A stretch of DNA of 64,000 nt from Octopus vulgaris (GCA_951406725.2 OX597821.1:105400001-105464000); one strand, 5' to 3'. Counted from the first letter of the stretch, positions 1 to 13,158 are shown. Translations and numbers: made by a program. The notes: generated by a model not told the origin, from the sequence alone.

Positions 1-210
1 CTTTGATTACATTGTCGTGAAAACCTAGTCTGGGAATTAGTACTTCTTTTTAATTTACCACACTTTGGTCCCTTGAAAATGCCCCCAGAAGACGCCATTT
101 TCCACTCACTAACCTATAATAATAATCCCACGCATACAAACATATATACATATTATGAATATGTACTTCCGTAGCAAGTGACCTGATCTGAGATCGTGTG
201 CTGGAACGAA

Positions 211-500
211 AACAATTGCAGTGTGGAAGGTGTTTATAAACCATTTAAGAAACACACAAAAGCCGTTAGATGCACATCAACATATAAATTTAATTTGTAA
301 AAATATTTTCGGCGCTTTCAGACCGCGACCTGTTCACTGACAAAACTTCGTTTTGCAGCACGAAGTTTCGTTAGTGAACATGTCGCGGTGTGAAAGCGAC
401 GAAAATATTTTGACAAATTAAATTTAAATGTTGAAGTGAATCTAACGGTTTTTGCGTGTTTCTTAAATACCTTATAAACACCTTCCACGCTGCAATTGTT
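211..500. repeat. ~290-bp imperfect palindrome (inverted PLE terminal-repeat pair) with one hammerhead motif per arm
   Basis: Starts aacaattgcagtgtggaaggtgtttataa and ends ttataaacaccttccacgctgcaattgtt (reverse complements), centre ~355; same family at 32473-32735. Confidence 0.9.
367..417 (+). ncRNA. Type I hammerhead-like motif, G3:C8 core variant (mirror copy 294-344 on -)
   Basis: ttcgtta-GTGAACA-t-gtcgc[ggtgtgaaa]gcgac-GAAA-atat-TT-tgacaaa. Confidence 0.6.
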
Positions 501-529
501 AAATATATATATATATAGAGAGAGAGAAA

Positions 530-1038
530 ATAGTAAAAAGTGAAACTACAGAAGGCTTGTTTTAAAAGGTTAAAAAATATATATTTGAGTCAATATGTCT
601 GAAGAATATTATAAATGTTATTCTTACAATGACATAGTTTAGAAGAAAGACCGGTTTCGCGTTTAGCTTTTCAAATTTCTTACGTCGTTATGTTTATGTT
701 GAGAGAGTTATCGTTATGTTTATGTTGAAAAGAGTTCTAGATAAGGGGAGGTAATAAGTGATTTCTTCCGGTGTAAGGGAGATGATCGCTTAAAATTTTT
801 TGCCTTTCCCTTGGTGTGAATTTCTCTGTATAAGTATGTTGGAATGGTTAAGTCTGGGCTTGTACTTTTCAATGAAGATTGTTTCCTTGTTTAGTCTAAT
901 TTGAGTTGATGATCCGATAGCACATTGGTAAAATGGAAAGATTAAAAATTGTGGTAGTAGTTGCTTTGCGCATTTCTCAATGTGCTCACTAAAAGGTATC
1001 ATTCTGTATTCTGGGGATGCAATCTGTTGTCGATGCAT

Positions 1039-1040
<2 letters not shown>
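530..1040 (-). mobile_element. 5'-truncated Penelope-like element: GIY-YIG C-terminus plus 3' terminal repeat
   Basis: ORF 790..1038 HRQQIASPEYRMIPFSEHIEKC...FPFYQ...KETIFIEKYKPRLN aligns with the endonuclease C-terminus of the 59.5-61.9 kb element (KETLFIAKYRPLLN); flanked by TA/GA repeats. Confidence 0.85.
643..681 (-). ncRNA. Minimal type I hammerhead motif, U3:A8 core
   Basis: Minus strand aagaaa-t-TTGAAAA-gc[taaac]gc-GAAA-ccgg-TC-tttctt; palindromic helix III (accggt). Confidence 0.6.
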
Positions 1041-1096
<56 letters not shown>

Positions 1097-1459
1097 CAGA
1101 GAGAGAGAGAGAGCGAGACAGACAGACAGACAGAATGACAGGGTGTGAGAGTGATTAATTAATTAATAGATATATGCATGGAAACACTAGTACACGATTA
1201 TAAGATACGATCAACACACGGGTATTAACATATAAAGAGAAACTTTAATAGCGACTTCGAAAATTCGGTTGGCTCAGCGTCATCTGATCGATATTTATTC
1301 CTTTCTTTGAACAACTTTCTCTCTTGCGTCTTGCGTTTAGGTTTGGCTTAAGGTTTCGAATGTAGACGGCGTAATCTGACTAATAATTATGTATTGTATA
1401 GACAGGGGGATGGCTTTATAGGAAGAGGAAAATAGAGAATGTTATAGGGATGAATTTGA

Positions 1460-1700
1460 AGGCGCGTCGCTTAGTGGTTAGAGTGTTTGTTTCATGTTCG
1501 TAAGATTGTGATTTCGATTCCAGGAACGGACGACGCGTTGTGTTCTTGAGTCCAACACTTCACTTCACGTTGCTCTCCTCTACTCGCCTGGCAAAGGTGA
1601 GTAATCTTTCAACGGATCGGCGTCCCGTCCAGGTGGGAAATACATATAATATGGAAACCGGGAAACCAGCCTTATGTGTCTGTATGACTCGGGTAAACAA
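1460..1700 (+). mobile_element. tRNA-derived SINE, degenerate
   Basis: ggcgcgtcgcttagtggttagagtg (A box) and gatttcgattcc (B box), followed by ttcttgagtccaacacttcacttcacgttgctc. Confidence 0.7.
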
Positions 1701-2283
1701 CGTTACATATTTCTTTTACGAAATGTATGTATTTGTTTGTACAATTTAGCCTGTGAGGAACATATGGTGGAGAGAGTAGTTCTGATTTGAAACTGGGATT
1801 TGTTAGAAAAGGAGTATGATTCTGTGTTACATTCGGATGATGATACATGTCAATTTAAGATCTTTTTTGTGACCGAACAAGTTTCTTAGTGCGTATATAT
1901 ATGGGAAAGGTGAAAGGGTGTTAGTACGAGGGGGTGACATAGCGAGGGTGACTGATATCAGGGAAGAGGAGAAAAATGTTGTGTAACCGAAAACTATGGA
2001 GTGGCAGTGGGCTGTAAGGTTAGTCCAGCTATCATTCAGGGATATACAGGTCATGCTGCATACATACTTATGTAAGTACATGGAGACATACATATACTCA
2101 CATACACACACAAGCACACACTCTGCAAACACACACAAGCCAACTCTGCACACACATACTTGCATATACACATCAGTACTTTTTAAAACACCAAGGAAGG
2201 GAAACGAAAGTGGGTGTGAGGAATACGTAGATTTAAGGAGAGGTTGTAGTTGTTTTATTTGCTGTCCATCGGAAAGAAACACA

Positions 2284-2342
<59 letters not shown>

Positions 2343-2411
2343 TTGTGTATGTGAGTGTGTGTGTTAGTGTGTGTGAGAGTATGTGTGTTGTGTGTGTGTG
2401 TGTGTGTGTGT

Positions 2412-2707
2412 GAGGCGCAATGGCTCAGTGGTTAGGGTAGTGGACTCGCGGTCGTAGGATCGAGGTTTCGATTCCCAGACCGGTCGTTGTGAGTGTTTAT
2501 TGCGCGTAAACACCTAAAGCTCCACAAGACTACGACAGGGGGTGTTGGCAACCCCTGCTGTACTCTTTCGCCACAAATTTCTCTATTTCGTTCATCATTT
2601 GGCCTGCTCGCTTAGCCAGCGGTGTGGCGTCATTTAAAGGCTAAAACAACGCGAAGTGCATTGTGTGTAGCGACGCGTAGCAAAATCTGATAGACTGATC
2701 GGTCACG

Positions 2708-2710
<3 letters not shown>
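2412..2710 (+). mobile_element. tRNA-derived SINE family A (head resembles tRNA-Arg)
   Basis: gaggcgcaatggctcagtggttagggtagtggactcgcggtcgtaggatcgaggtttcgattccc; related copies at 16757, 21243, 27794, 49875. Confidence 0.9.
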
Positions 2711-2747
<37 letters not shown>

Positions 2748-2937
2748 GATACGTACGAACATGCATATGTATGTCTAGTATACACAATCTTAAATTCATG
2801 ATTACCTGTGTTTACGCTTGTAAATGCGCGTGAGTTTCAGTGTGTGTGCTTGTGAGTGTGTTTGTGTATGTCTGTGAATGTGTGCGTTTAAGTGTGTGCT
2901 TGACGTCCTATAACTGTTTGTCTCTCTACTTTTGTAG

Positions 2938-2985
2938 GGTCTTCCTTATGGCTGTCACATGTTGTGTAATTTTGATATTACGTGA
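2938..2985 (+). CDS. Possible short terminal exon (GLPYGCHMLCNFDIT*) followed by AT-rich unique sequence
   Basis: Strong acceptor tgtttgtctctctacttttgtag; AATAAA at ~3273; no homology recognised. Confidence 0.15.
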   Translation, partial: GLPYGCHMLCNFDIT

Positions 2986-4863
2986 AAATATTCAAATTTG
3001 GTATATTGAAATATGTTTCCATGTTGTATCTGATTTTGTTATTTATTTGTTCCAAAAAATACAGAGCAATGTTACTGGGGTTTAAACTTCAATGAATTTT
3101 ACCATATCAGAAGATAGGATTTTGAAGCTGGCATTTCTGCATGAAAGCTGTCTTTCACAAACTGAAATCAAAAACATTACGAGGAGGATGTTTCTTTTAT
3201 TAAACAAACGAAAGCAAAGCATTACGACGACCAAAGTTGTAAGACATTCTCAAGTCTTAATAGGTTTTAATGAATAAAGTCATGTGAAACGGTAGAAGAG
3301 ATATGTAAATAATTTAAAAAGAAAAAATTATCCTCAACGTAGTTTGTTGCGAAAAATTGCGCATATCTGTCCTGATCAAAAGGTCTATCTCTCGGGGACC
3401 CGACAATGATGGCCCATTCAGCTAGTTAATGTTATATGACTTAATAAAATGTGATGGATGTGATGTAATGAGACAAAGCGGTTGGCAAAGCAGTTTTATA
3501 TTAAATGAATAAATTAATGCCAGTGGAAAATTCATAATGATAACGACCATAATGTTTGCCTGACAGCTTATTCAGATTCTGTAAGAGTAATTTATGAATA
3601 CAAACTTGCAGTCCCAAACATTTTCACGTTTTACAATAATACTTTCTTCATCTATCTTCCGTATTGAGTTCCCTCAATAATAAAACGTGTGTAATTCATA
3701 TTAAATATGCCTACAAAAATTAGCATTTAAATGTATGCCATTCAAAAAACGTATTTAATAATTTTGAGTGGAGGCTGTTTATATTTATGTTTACATAAAG
3801 GAATCTGTGAAAGGCGAGCTTATTAATTTCATAGTTCGTTGTCTTCTCTGAATTTCGAAATATAATCTTGTTTTAACCTTTAGAAACACGTATGTTTTGT
3901 GATAGCTATTCGTTGTTCCTGTGAATTTGATTGTTTGTGTTAACAAACATATCGCCTTCGAAGCATTGAAAAAGCTTGTTTTGAGAGGTTGGGGATTTAT
4001 TAGTATGAAAAAACATACTTGAAATTATCTTTACTATCTGTTTGGGTTTTCTTCAAAGACGAAAACTCTTTATTTAAACCCATTAATGCATAATGCTATT
4101 TGTTATTGTTAGACTATACATTAATGTGGTAATCTTTTAATAATGTTTTCTGTTTTCTGTTATAGACGTTTCAGATAAGTTTTCTTGGAAGGCATCGCTA
4201 TTGTATTAGCAGAACGATCGATATATTTTATAGCTTGTTTCTGTTTTCTTGAAGTTGTATTAAGATTGTGTGGGACTGGAGATAACGGTGGAAAAAGAAA
4301 TATTTGTTATTTGGAACAGAATACCTTAATTAAAGACTATCATAAATACACGACCAACGTTGACTTTTAATACATTTATTATCACAAAAGATGGCGATCA
4401 CTGACTGAAGGGTTCGCATTTCGTCTGAACAAGTCCACAGGGTATGCAAAGGAATTAAATTACAGTTACAAAGGTGTTTACGATGATTTGAAGTTGAATA
4501 TGAATGAAAGGATGGCCTTCATTTACAAGAGGGAATAATAATCGAAGGAAGGATCATGTTTTAAATAATGTACGGTCGGAACACACACACAGACAGACAG
4601 ACACGCCCGCACAATCACACACACACACACGCGTCTACAGCACTCCAATATCACCGCACAAAGCCTGATGCACCTACATGGCTTCTTCAAAACAAAACTG
4701 GATTTCCTCCTCTCAAAATATCCGGATGAACTTCTCGGTAAGAAACACAGATGAGGGCAGCAGCATGAAACTCACTCATTCACTAAATCTCATACATCGG
4801 AGGAGGTTTATGGAAAGTGTTGCAAAAGAAACGGCTCTCATGCTGAAACTGGTAAATAAATAC

Positions 4864-5212
4864 TTAAATAATAATAATAATAATGATGATGATGATAATG
4901 GTGATGATAATGATAATGATAATGATGATAACGGTGATGATAATGATAATGATGATGATGATGATGATGATGATAATGATGATAATGATAGTGATGATAA
5001 TGATAATGATGATAATGATAATGATCATAATGATAATGATTATAATGATTATAATGATAATGATAATGATGATAATGGCGATAATGATGATAATGATAAT
5101 GATGATAATGATAATGATGATAATGATAATGATAATGACGATAATGACGATGGTGGCGACGGTGGTGATGATGATGATGATGACGATGACGATGACGATG
5201 ATGATGATGACA
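4864..5212. repeat. (GAT/AAT)n compound trinucleotide microsatellite
   Basis: Directly visible; produces the spurious poly-D/N, poly-M/I and poly-I ORFs. Confidence 0.95.
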
Positions 5213-5254
5213 GTTTCAAAATTTATCAGAAAGGCAGCCAATATGGGGAAGGGT

Positions 5255-5352
5255 AGAGGTCGATTACGTTGACACTTGGTGTTTCACTGGTACTTAATTA
5301 ATCGATCATAGAAGCATGAAAGGCACATTCGATCTCGGGGAAATTTGAACAC
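5255..5352 (-). mobile_element. SINE family C fragment
   Basis: gtcgattacgttgac...ctggtacttaattaatcgat...atgaaaggcacattcgatctcggggaaatttgaac matches 15914-16315. Confidence 0.65.
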
Positions 5353-5846
5353 ACAAAATGGCAACGGGCGAAATACATCTAAGTATTTCGTCCACATACA
5401 AATGTATAGATGCACAGAAGAAGTGTAGAAAACAGAGCAAATGGACGGCACGAACTTTAAATTTAAGGCGCAACGAGACCACATTTCAAGAAAGGTAAAC
5501 ATACCTACGGTCGTTAGAATCGTTTCGAATGCAAACACTGTTTTGCGCGTGTTTATTTTTATGTATTGCAAGAAAAAACAAGTCCTGTGAGAGCTGATAA
5601 ATCTCACCTTGTATAAAAGTAACTGAAATGAAATTGAATCTACTTGAATAAAAGATTGGTATCCATGCCAACGAGTGTCTGTATGAAACACGATTATGGG
5701 CGTGCCATGACAAACAACACAATAAATTCGAAATTGATAAACAGACATAGAAGCTGCTTTAAAATGAATAAATACACATTTATATACGCAAATCCGCGCC
5801 GACATGAAAGGGGAAAAAACTGTACGCATGTAAATATACCATGTTC

Positions 5847-5882
<36 letters not shown>

Positions 5883-6270
5883 ATGCGTGTATATTTATAC
5901 ATATATATATGTATGTATGTATGTTTCTATGTATCACTTACAGTGGGTGGGGTTAGAATATACTTGTTTTTATATTTACAAAAGTAGTAGTGATACAGAT
6001 TGAAACGCTGTGGAACAAGAGACTTTCGAAATGAGAAGGAAAAAACATAGAGTATTTGCTATGATAATTTCAAAGAGGAAGATAGGTTATAGGGACAAGA
6101 AGATCACAGTGCGTTCCGGTATTGCTGAAATTTGTGGAACCTCTCAATTATATTTCCCTATAAACAACAAAATTATGTCTGAAATTTTATACTTGAAAGC
6201 AGAAAGCATGTGTATATGTGTGTATGTGCTTCTTTGTGTCTGTATGCGCGCGCGTGCGTGTATGTATATA

Positions 6271-6304
<34 letters not shown>

Positions 6305-6351
6305 GAAACGTGGGCGATTGCGTGTAGATATGGGTGTATTCATATGTATAA

Positions 6352-6411
<60 letters not shown>

Positions 6412-6500
6412 TACTAATATAGGATGAAGTTTTTTTACAAAACAAATTCCATCAAAAAATGTGGCAGCATATTAAAATACCTTTAAGGTTAAAATTATAA

Positions 6501-6827
6501 ACAACTTATAAATAAGGGCTAAAGAAATTTATTTCAATGCCAATATGCTGATAACAGATTTTTAAATCGTCAATTTCCACATATTATTTACTCGCTACAG
6601 AAAAAAAGCACGAAGAGGAAAAAATATATTATGAGATTAATTCTGAAATTGATTCAATATAGAAATAACGAACTTTAAAAAAAATTCTATCGGCCGGCTT
6701 TCCCCGATTTCAGCTCTTCGTTGTTTTTTTCTGTAGCGAGTAAATAATATGTTGAAATTAACGATTTAAAAGTCTGTTATCAGCATATCGCCATTGAAAT
6801 GATTTTCTTTAGACCTTACTTATAAGT

Positions 6828-6830
<3 letters not shown>
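6501..6830. repeat. Inverted repeat (~115-bp arms, ~95-bp spacer) between (TA)n tracts
   Basis: acaacttataaataaggg...ctcgctacagaaaaaaagcacgaagag vs ctcttcgttgtttttttctgtagcgag...ccttacttataagttgt. Confidence 0.85.
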
Positions 6831-6878
<48 letters not shown>

Positions 6879-6883
<5 letters not shown>

Positions 6884-7467
6884 TAAGGGGTGAAATATAA
6901 TTAATTTAATAAAATCAACGAATTTTACCAATTAGTTTTTCGGTATGAAAAAGGACCATATTCTGTAAAATTATATATAATTATAACAATGAGGGTCTTT
7001 GCAACAGGTTGCTAGACCACATACCGAAAGTATTAGAAATAGCAGCCAGACGACTTACTTATTTTACTACAAATATATGTCCCACAAACAACAATATTTG
7101 TAACTCACTATGGCAAAAAAAAAAAACGAAATCAAACAATGTTCGGTCAAATATGGACGCACGTTTCTGGATTAAAATCAGAGATTCATTTTCTTTATCA
7201 ACATAATATTCCGATAAATAAATCTGAAAATGCTAGAGAAAATTTACCACTATATTCCGAACAAGCGATATCTGACATATAGAAGCCCGCTAGCATATCC
7301 ACATTTATATAGACAAGTGAATTCGTATCTCCCTCCAGAATTTCTCCCACGTGAGTCACAAATAATACTGCCGAAAATGAATTCGTAGTTCCGTCGTAGG
7401 GGAATAAAATAATCAATACAGATAAAGGGTGAAATATAATTAATTTAATAAAATCAACAAATTTCAA
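6879..7467. mobile_element. (TA)n-embedded ~540-bp unit with ~47-bp terminal direct repeat; partial second copy at ~13697-13960
   Basis: acagataaggggtgaaatataattaatttaataaaatcaac at 6879 and a near-identical copy at 7418; tttgcaaca-gttgct-aaccacataccgaaa-tattagaaata shared with 13.7 kb. Confidence 0.7.
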
Positions 7468-7793
7468 TATATATATATATATTTAAGTTTAAGTCAAAAT
7501 ATATGGATTCAAGTAATCCGTTAATAATCATGAAAAAAAGCTCCTTAATGCATCATACTTCAAAACATGAAGAATATATGGTATAATAGAAATGAAAACA
7601 ATAAGATGTGTACAAACTCATAAATAACGGGAAAATTATTTGATGAAATTATACTTAACAATGATAAAATTGAAATACCAAGACAAATTGTTTCGAAGCT
7701 TAAGGACTTGTAGATAATTTATATTATTATATTACATAACATATAATTTACTTACATCTCTGAATTAATGCAAAGCGCAGAATAATCGTAGGC

Positions 7794-7886
7794 CATCTTG
7801 ATGAGAAGAGTGCCAATTTTAAGTACTATTTTAAGTACTGATATGTCTAATATCAATTGGCACATCCCCGAAACGGCCCGTAGATG
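7794..7886 (+). ncRNA. Type I hammerhead motif with long helix II (C3U, degenerate)
   Basis: catc-TTGATGA-gaaga-gtgccaatt...aattggcac-atcccc-GAAA-cggcccg-TA-gatg. Confidence 0.55.
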
Positions 7887-8169
7887 TACTTCTGTATATC
7901 TTATATTTTTGTAAGCTTGTATATGTATTATATTCTATGTACTATTCGCCGGAATTTTATTCGTCTTTTGATATGCCATATTTTTCTTTTATTATCATTA
8001 TATTTATTTCCCTTATTCTAACAGTTTTAAGCGTGTTATATGCAAAACATATATTTATATTTATATTTGTATTGGTATATGATACTTATATATTACTGAA
8101 TTTTAATTTTTTTTTAAATATCGAACTGTTTATATATAAATTAGTATATAAGATTTGTATGCGTTCGGT

Positions 8170-9880
8170 CTATCTTTGAATTGTGTGATGTCCCTGTGGT
8201 TGTTGCTCGCATTGCCTCCCCTTGGATGACAAAGTGTATAGAGCTCATTGGAGAACTTCTATTTCCAGTCGAGTGTTTGTGTCGGTTATTTTGTATTGCG
8301 GTTGTGAGTTGGATTTTGATGATTTTGTTGTTGGAAGTTGTTACGGCGTGGTGAATTGCTGGAGTTTTTGTTGGGTATGCAAGCCCAAACTTACGCGGGA
8401 GCAAAGGCCTCGCTGCGAGTGAACTACAGTTGGAAGAAATAGTTATTGAAAAGGAGAGTTTAAGGAAGTATTACGATTGCTTCAAGAAGGAAGGTGATTG
8501 TCTGAGGGTCACACCACCTGAAGACGAAGTGAAAGAAGCGGAGAAGAGAATTGTAACGTACAGAACGTGGAATGTGGTTTCGAAGAGAATAGAAGTGGCA
8601 GAGGTGGAAGAAATCGAGAAGTGTCTACAGGAGATTAAAGGAAAAACTACCTTCTACAATAGAGGTAGAAAATTCGCGACAGTAGACGTTCGTTTTGAAA
8701 ACGAAGACGTAGTGAAGAGAAACGCCACGACGGTATTGAAATCCGAAAACTGGGTGTTACTTCCCAGTTATTGTGGAAAAAGAGCAGTGAGAATACGGAT
8801 TAGTAAAATTCCACCGGAGTTTGACACAGAAAGAATTGTAGCGGCAATAATATTCAACTGCAAAGAGAGCGTCGACATACTGATGTTAGAAAAGTCGAAA
8901 TAAATAAATTGGTGAGGATATGTGGTGCAGGCCTTGGTTCAGATAACCATGCCAGACCGGTATAAAGTCTCACAGGAATTAGTGTTCCCCGACGAGGCAC
9001 GACTGAGAGTGGTGGTGTAGGGGAGACCACCATTGTGTTACAAATGTAAAAGTAGAGGGCATATGAAGGAGGTGTGTGCCCTAAGAGAAGTACAAGAGAA
9101 GACGATAACACTGGAGGCTTTGAGAGAGGAGTTACAAAAGGAGAATATGGAATTGCAAGCGGAAGAGAAATCGTGACAAAAGACAATGTGGAAAGTGGTG
9201 ACGAGTTGGTGAAGGAGAAAGAAAAGGAAAGAACAGAAGAAAGAAAGCGAACACAGGTGGAAACACCACCCAAAGAACAACATAAAAAAAGAAAAAGGCT
9301 ATAAAGTAGTCTACCGACGAGATAGAGGAGCGAGCGCACGGAGAGAGAGATACAGAAACGAAAGAGAGTGAAGTTTCAACGTGGGAGGAACAGAAAGAAT
9401 GGGAAGGAAAAGTGAAAGAACAACTGAAAATATGTAAGGAAGGACGAAGGCCAAATGGAAGAAATCTCAAAGCGATATTGGTGTACAAAAGGATTTAGAA
9501 ATTGAGAAGAAATTAGAGTGAAACTGAACCCAAAGATATTCGATAACCAAATAAAGGCGGCAATTGTAGAAAGAGAGACCGTATTGAAATTAATAAATGT
9601 GTATTCAAATATAGCTGTAGGCGTAATGCAATACATTCGATATGACAGTTTGCCCGGCGTTATAGAACTGGAGGAATCACTCGCTTACGTTACGGATGAA
9701 CGTCCCGGATAATACCATTGTAATTGTAAATGAAGCTGCGAGCTTTGGGAGGCCCGTAAGCCATTCCATTTAATTCATTATAAATATTTCCTTTCATACC
9801 ATCGTTTCTGTAATTCTACCCCGTGTCCTGTATTGTACTGTCCCCTCTTCATTCGGACCATTGTGCCTATAATAAAGATA
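8170..9880 (+). mobile_element. Retroelement carrying only a decayed gag/ORF1-like gene (no RT seen)
   Basis: ORF 8430-8903 continues in frame past stops to GRPPLCYKCKSRGHMKEVC (CX2CX4HX4C knuckle), then an E/K-rich region; AATAAA at ~9871. Confidence 0.75.
8430..9712 (+). pseudogene. LINE ORF1-like zinc-knuckle protein pseudogene
   Basis: CCHC knuckle at ~9034-9076; several in-frame stops and frameshifts. Confidence 0.7.
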
Positions 9881-9959
9881 CCACTTCTATTTCCAGTCCG
9901 TTGTTCATCTTCAGCGTTGTTGTCACTCAAGATATAACTTTATATTTTGTAATATATGC

Positions 9960-10020
<61 letters not shown>

Positions 10021-10022
<2 letters not shown>

Positions 10023-10210
10023 GCGTGTGTACCGTTGGCGACTTTTTTTCCTCTGTCTCCCCTGCTCCTATGTTTCCGACGAAAAGCTCCGCTCGAAACG
10101 TTAGACCCTTATTCTTTCCTTCTTTCCTGAGCATCCAATAATACTATATTTGTTCCACCTCCTCGCGTTGTTGTGTTTTTTTTTGCTTTCTTGTTTGGAT
10201 TAACTATATA
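10021..10210 (+). mobile_element. Solo PLE-type terminal repeat with HHR-like motif; sister copy 42650-42850
   Basis: gtttccgacgaaaagctccgctcGAAAcgtTAgac vs gtttccgaaaaagagctctgctcGAAAcataaatc; both begin gttggcga and lie next to TA/CA repeats. Confidence 0.6.
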
Positions 10211-10217
10211 TAAATAA

Positions 10218-10261
<44 letters not shown>

Positions 10262-10265
<4 letters not shown>

Positions 10266-10460
10266 TTGTGTTTGCCACCCCCCAACATCGCTTGACAACC
10301 GAAGGCGGTGTGTTTAAGTCCTCGTAACTTAGCGGTTCGGCAAAAGAGAACGATAGAATAATTACAATGAATAAGTCCTAGGGTGGATTTGCTCGACTAA
10401 CGACGGTGCTCCAGCATTGCCACAGTTACATGACTGAAACGAGTAAATGAGTAAAAGAGT
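10262..10460 (+). mobile_element. SINE family B, 3' half
   Basis: cttgacaaccga...cttagcggttcggcaaaagag...ggtgctccagcat...gactgaaacgagtaaa. Confidence 0.85.
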
Positions 10461-13054
10461 ATATATATACGTGTGTGTGTGTGTGTGTGTGTGGTAAATA
10501 TAATTAGAATAGTTTTTTTCATATATCTGCAATTTCTTAGAATCATTACCTGCAAAACGTCTGTTCATTAATTTTAGTACCATATGGTCAATTCGCTTTA
10601 TCTAAGTACAACAACCCTTTGTCAAGAACCTTATATTGAGATGAAACACATCTGTGACATTTTCAACATAATGACTTGAGAAGGGGCACAGATGTTTGCA
10701 TTTGTGTAAATCTTCAATTATCAATTTGTATTGGCTGGATTTGGAAGCCTATATAGCTTTCCTTTTCGTGGTATAACAAAAAGTGTATGTACTATTCTCC
10801 AATATATGGAAGACTTTATGTTTTATGTATACTAAATGTGTTATTATAAACGATATTTTAACTTGAACCAGTTAACATTCCGTAAATGTTTTCTTCCATT
10901 GATGTTACTGAAATATTTCATGTAAGAAACAAATCGTTTAAATCATGATTCTAATTAGGATTTTTATTGAACGAAGCAAGGATTTACTGGAGTGTAAAGG
11001 GGAAATAACTCTAGGAAACTGGTTCATTCAGTATTAATTGTGACTGTAACAAGCATGCGAAATAGTATGCAAGAAACTTTTGTGACGTTTGAGGGTCTAT
11101 GTATAGTTAAAAATTCAAAGATACACGATATCATTCAATCAACATTGTGAAGGAATAATTCGATATTCAATAATCTTTCAAATCCACACACGTCACAACG
11201 ATGAAGTTTGTTCGCAGATTTACGTGCAATACGGGAAACACAATGTATACTTCTGTATATCGGAATCTGTCAGGTGAATGAATGCGCTATCATATGCTAA
11301 AATTTTATGATGCAGAGGCTGGTAATGGAAGAATAAAACATCTCTCTTCTAAAAAGTTTGAGAATTTTAATTGTGTTTATCTTGTGTTAAATGTTTTCAT
11401 TTCTGATTTTTTAGTCCTCTACAAATATAACCCAGTGGCTTCAATGATATTAATGGAACCTAAAAATATTTCAAAATTTTCAACTTATTCTCCACAATAT
11501 TTATTTAATATTTGCAAACACTGCATTAAAAATATTTTCACTTTTAGGCTTTCAAAATTACGTAGGCCTCAGGTTAATTCACAAATCAGTCTCTTCCATT
11601 ATCTTCAGTTATGATATTGGAATACTGACATAATACCCGAGGGACTAATACACTTCGATGTGTTAGTATATTAGTGTTAGTGTTTATGTGGTATTAACTG
11701 AAATAAAATTTTAGGAACTGCAATGCAAAATGCTTTAAATATATGTGAGAAAGCCGAGAGAACCTTTATGCCTATAAACAGATATTATCATATCACTAAC
11801 TGGAGATAGTCATCTACCAGTACCATCTGGTCTTATCAATGTTAGACGCCCTAAAGCTAGAGATAACAGTGACTACGGCGCTTGCAATAGTACATAAAAT
11901 TACAGTGCATAACACCTCTTGCAGTATATCTTGAATTACAGTGCGTAATCAGGCACTGGTATCTCAAATAGCTCGTGGACGTATTTTAACATATTTTATT
12001 GTGATAAAAACAATAATAAGGTCGAACGGTAATATTTATTCACACTGAAAAGTTGTCACCGTGTTAGAACAGAGTATACTTTAATATTTAGCATGAGAAA
12101 GCATCTCATATCTTTTGGGATCTTTATGGTTATTTTTACTAAATGTCGAAATCTTTAAAAATATCTGACGTTGAATCCGAATGTTATTCGTTTCTTCCAG
12201 AAAAATTTTTGCGGAAATGCTACAGGTGTTAAAAATTTTGAAAATTTTCAGAATTTTCTGTCACAGTAGCAGGAAAGTGGTTGGGGCACCGGCACATCAA
12301 AACATTAAACTAGCTACATTTAAAGAGTCGCGAGCAAATAAACTATTTAACAGTTACGCGCAAACCAACAGGAGTTGTTAGAAGTAACAGTAAAACATTG
12401 CTTAAAAGAGACAATTAGTAGTTAAAAAACACAAGAACGAGTTTCCAATACACTCTAGGAATTTAGGAAATAATTTATCCTTCTCATATCTCCTTTTCAA
12501 AAATTCACAGAGAAAAGAGTCAGCCATGAACGGTGTGTCCCATACCAGTGTTTGTTTCCACGCTTTAAATATGCCAAGGTACTCTCAATTTGTTGATCGC
12601 ACTCCTTGTGAACATGCGCAGCATCTTTGGTTACTATGGAAACAATGTTCTTCGCAATCATCTCTGGAACACATGGTACTACTGCATTTAATATGGTAAC
12701 AGAACCTCACGGTGACGTATAAAATACTCACCTATATTTGGCTAAAATACGCAAACTTTGCTAAACTTAATGGCTAATAACATTTCAATTATGAATTTAT
12801 AGGAAAAATTAATTTCAGTTTCATAATTAGTATATAAAACAATCCATATCTCAATTTGAAAACCACTGGAACAAAATCGTAAACTTTGGCAAAGATCCTG
12901 GATGTGTGGTGCGGATGAGAACCTGTGTATATTTCGGTAACAGGATATAGCCATGCGCCATCGCGGTATTTTGTCTTCCAAGCACAGCATCCTCTTCATA
13001 CATTAATACACACGTATATATACATACACATATATGTGTAGGTGTATCTTTCTC

Positions 13055-13144
<90 letters not shown>

Positions 13145-13158
13145 CACATACACGCACA

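Noticed and set aside
2412-2485. tRNA genes at SINE heads
   Set aside because: Cloverleafs are imperfect and each continues into a shared SINE body
4678-5272. Asp/Asn-rich 192-aa ORF resembling an acidic biomineralisation protein
   Set aside because: Explained by a (GAT/AAT)n microsatellite; no signal peptide or splice support
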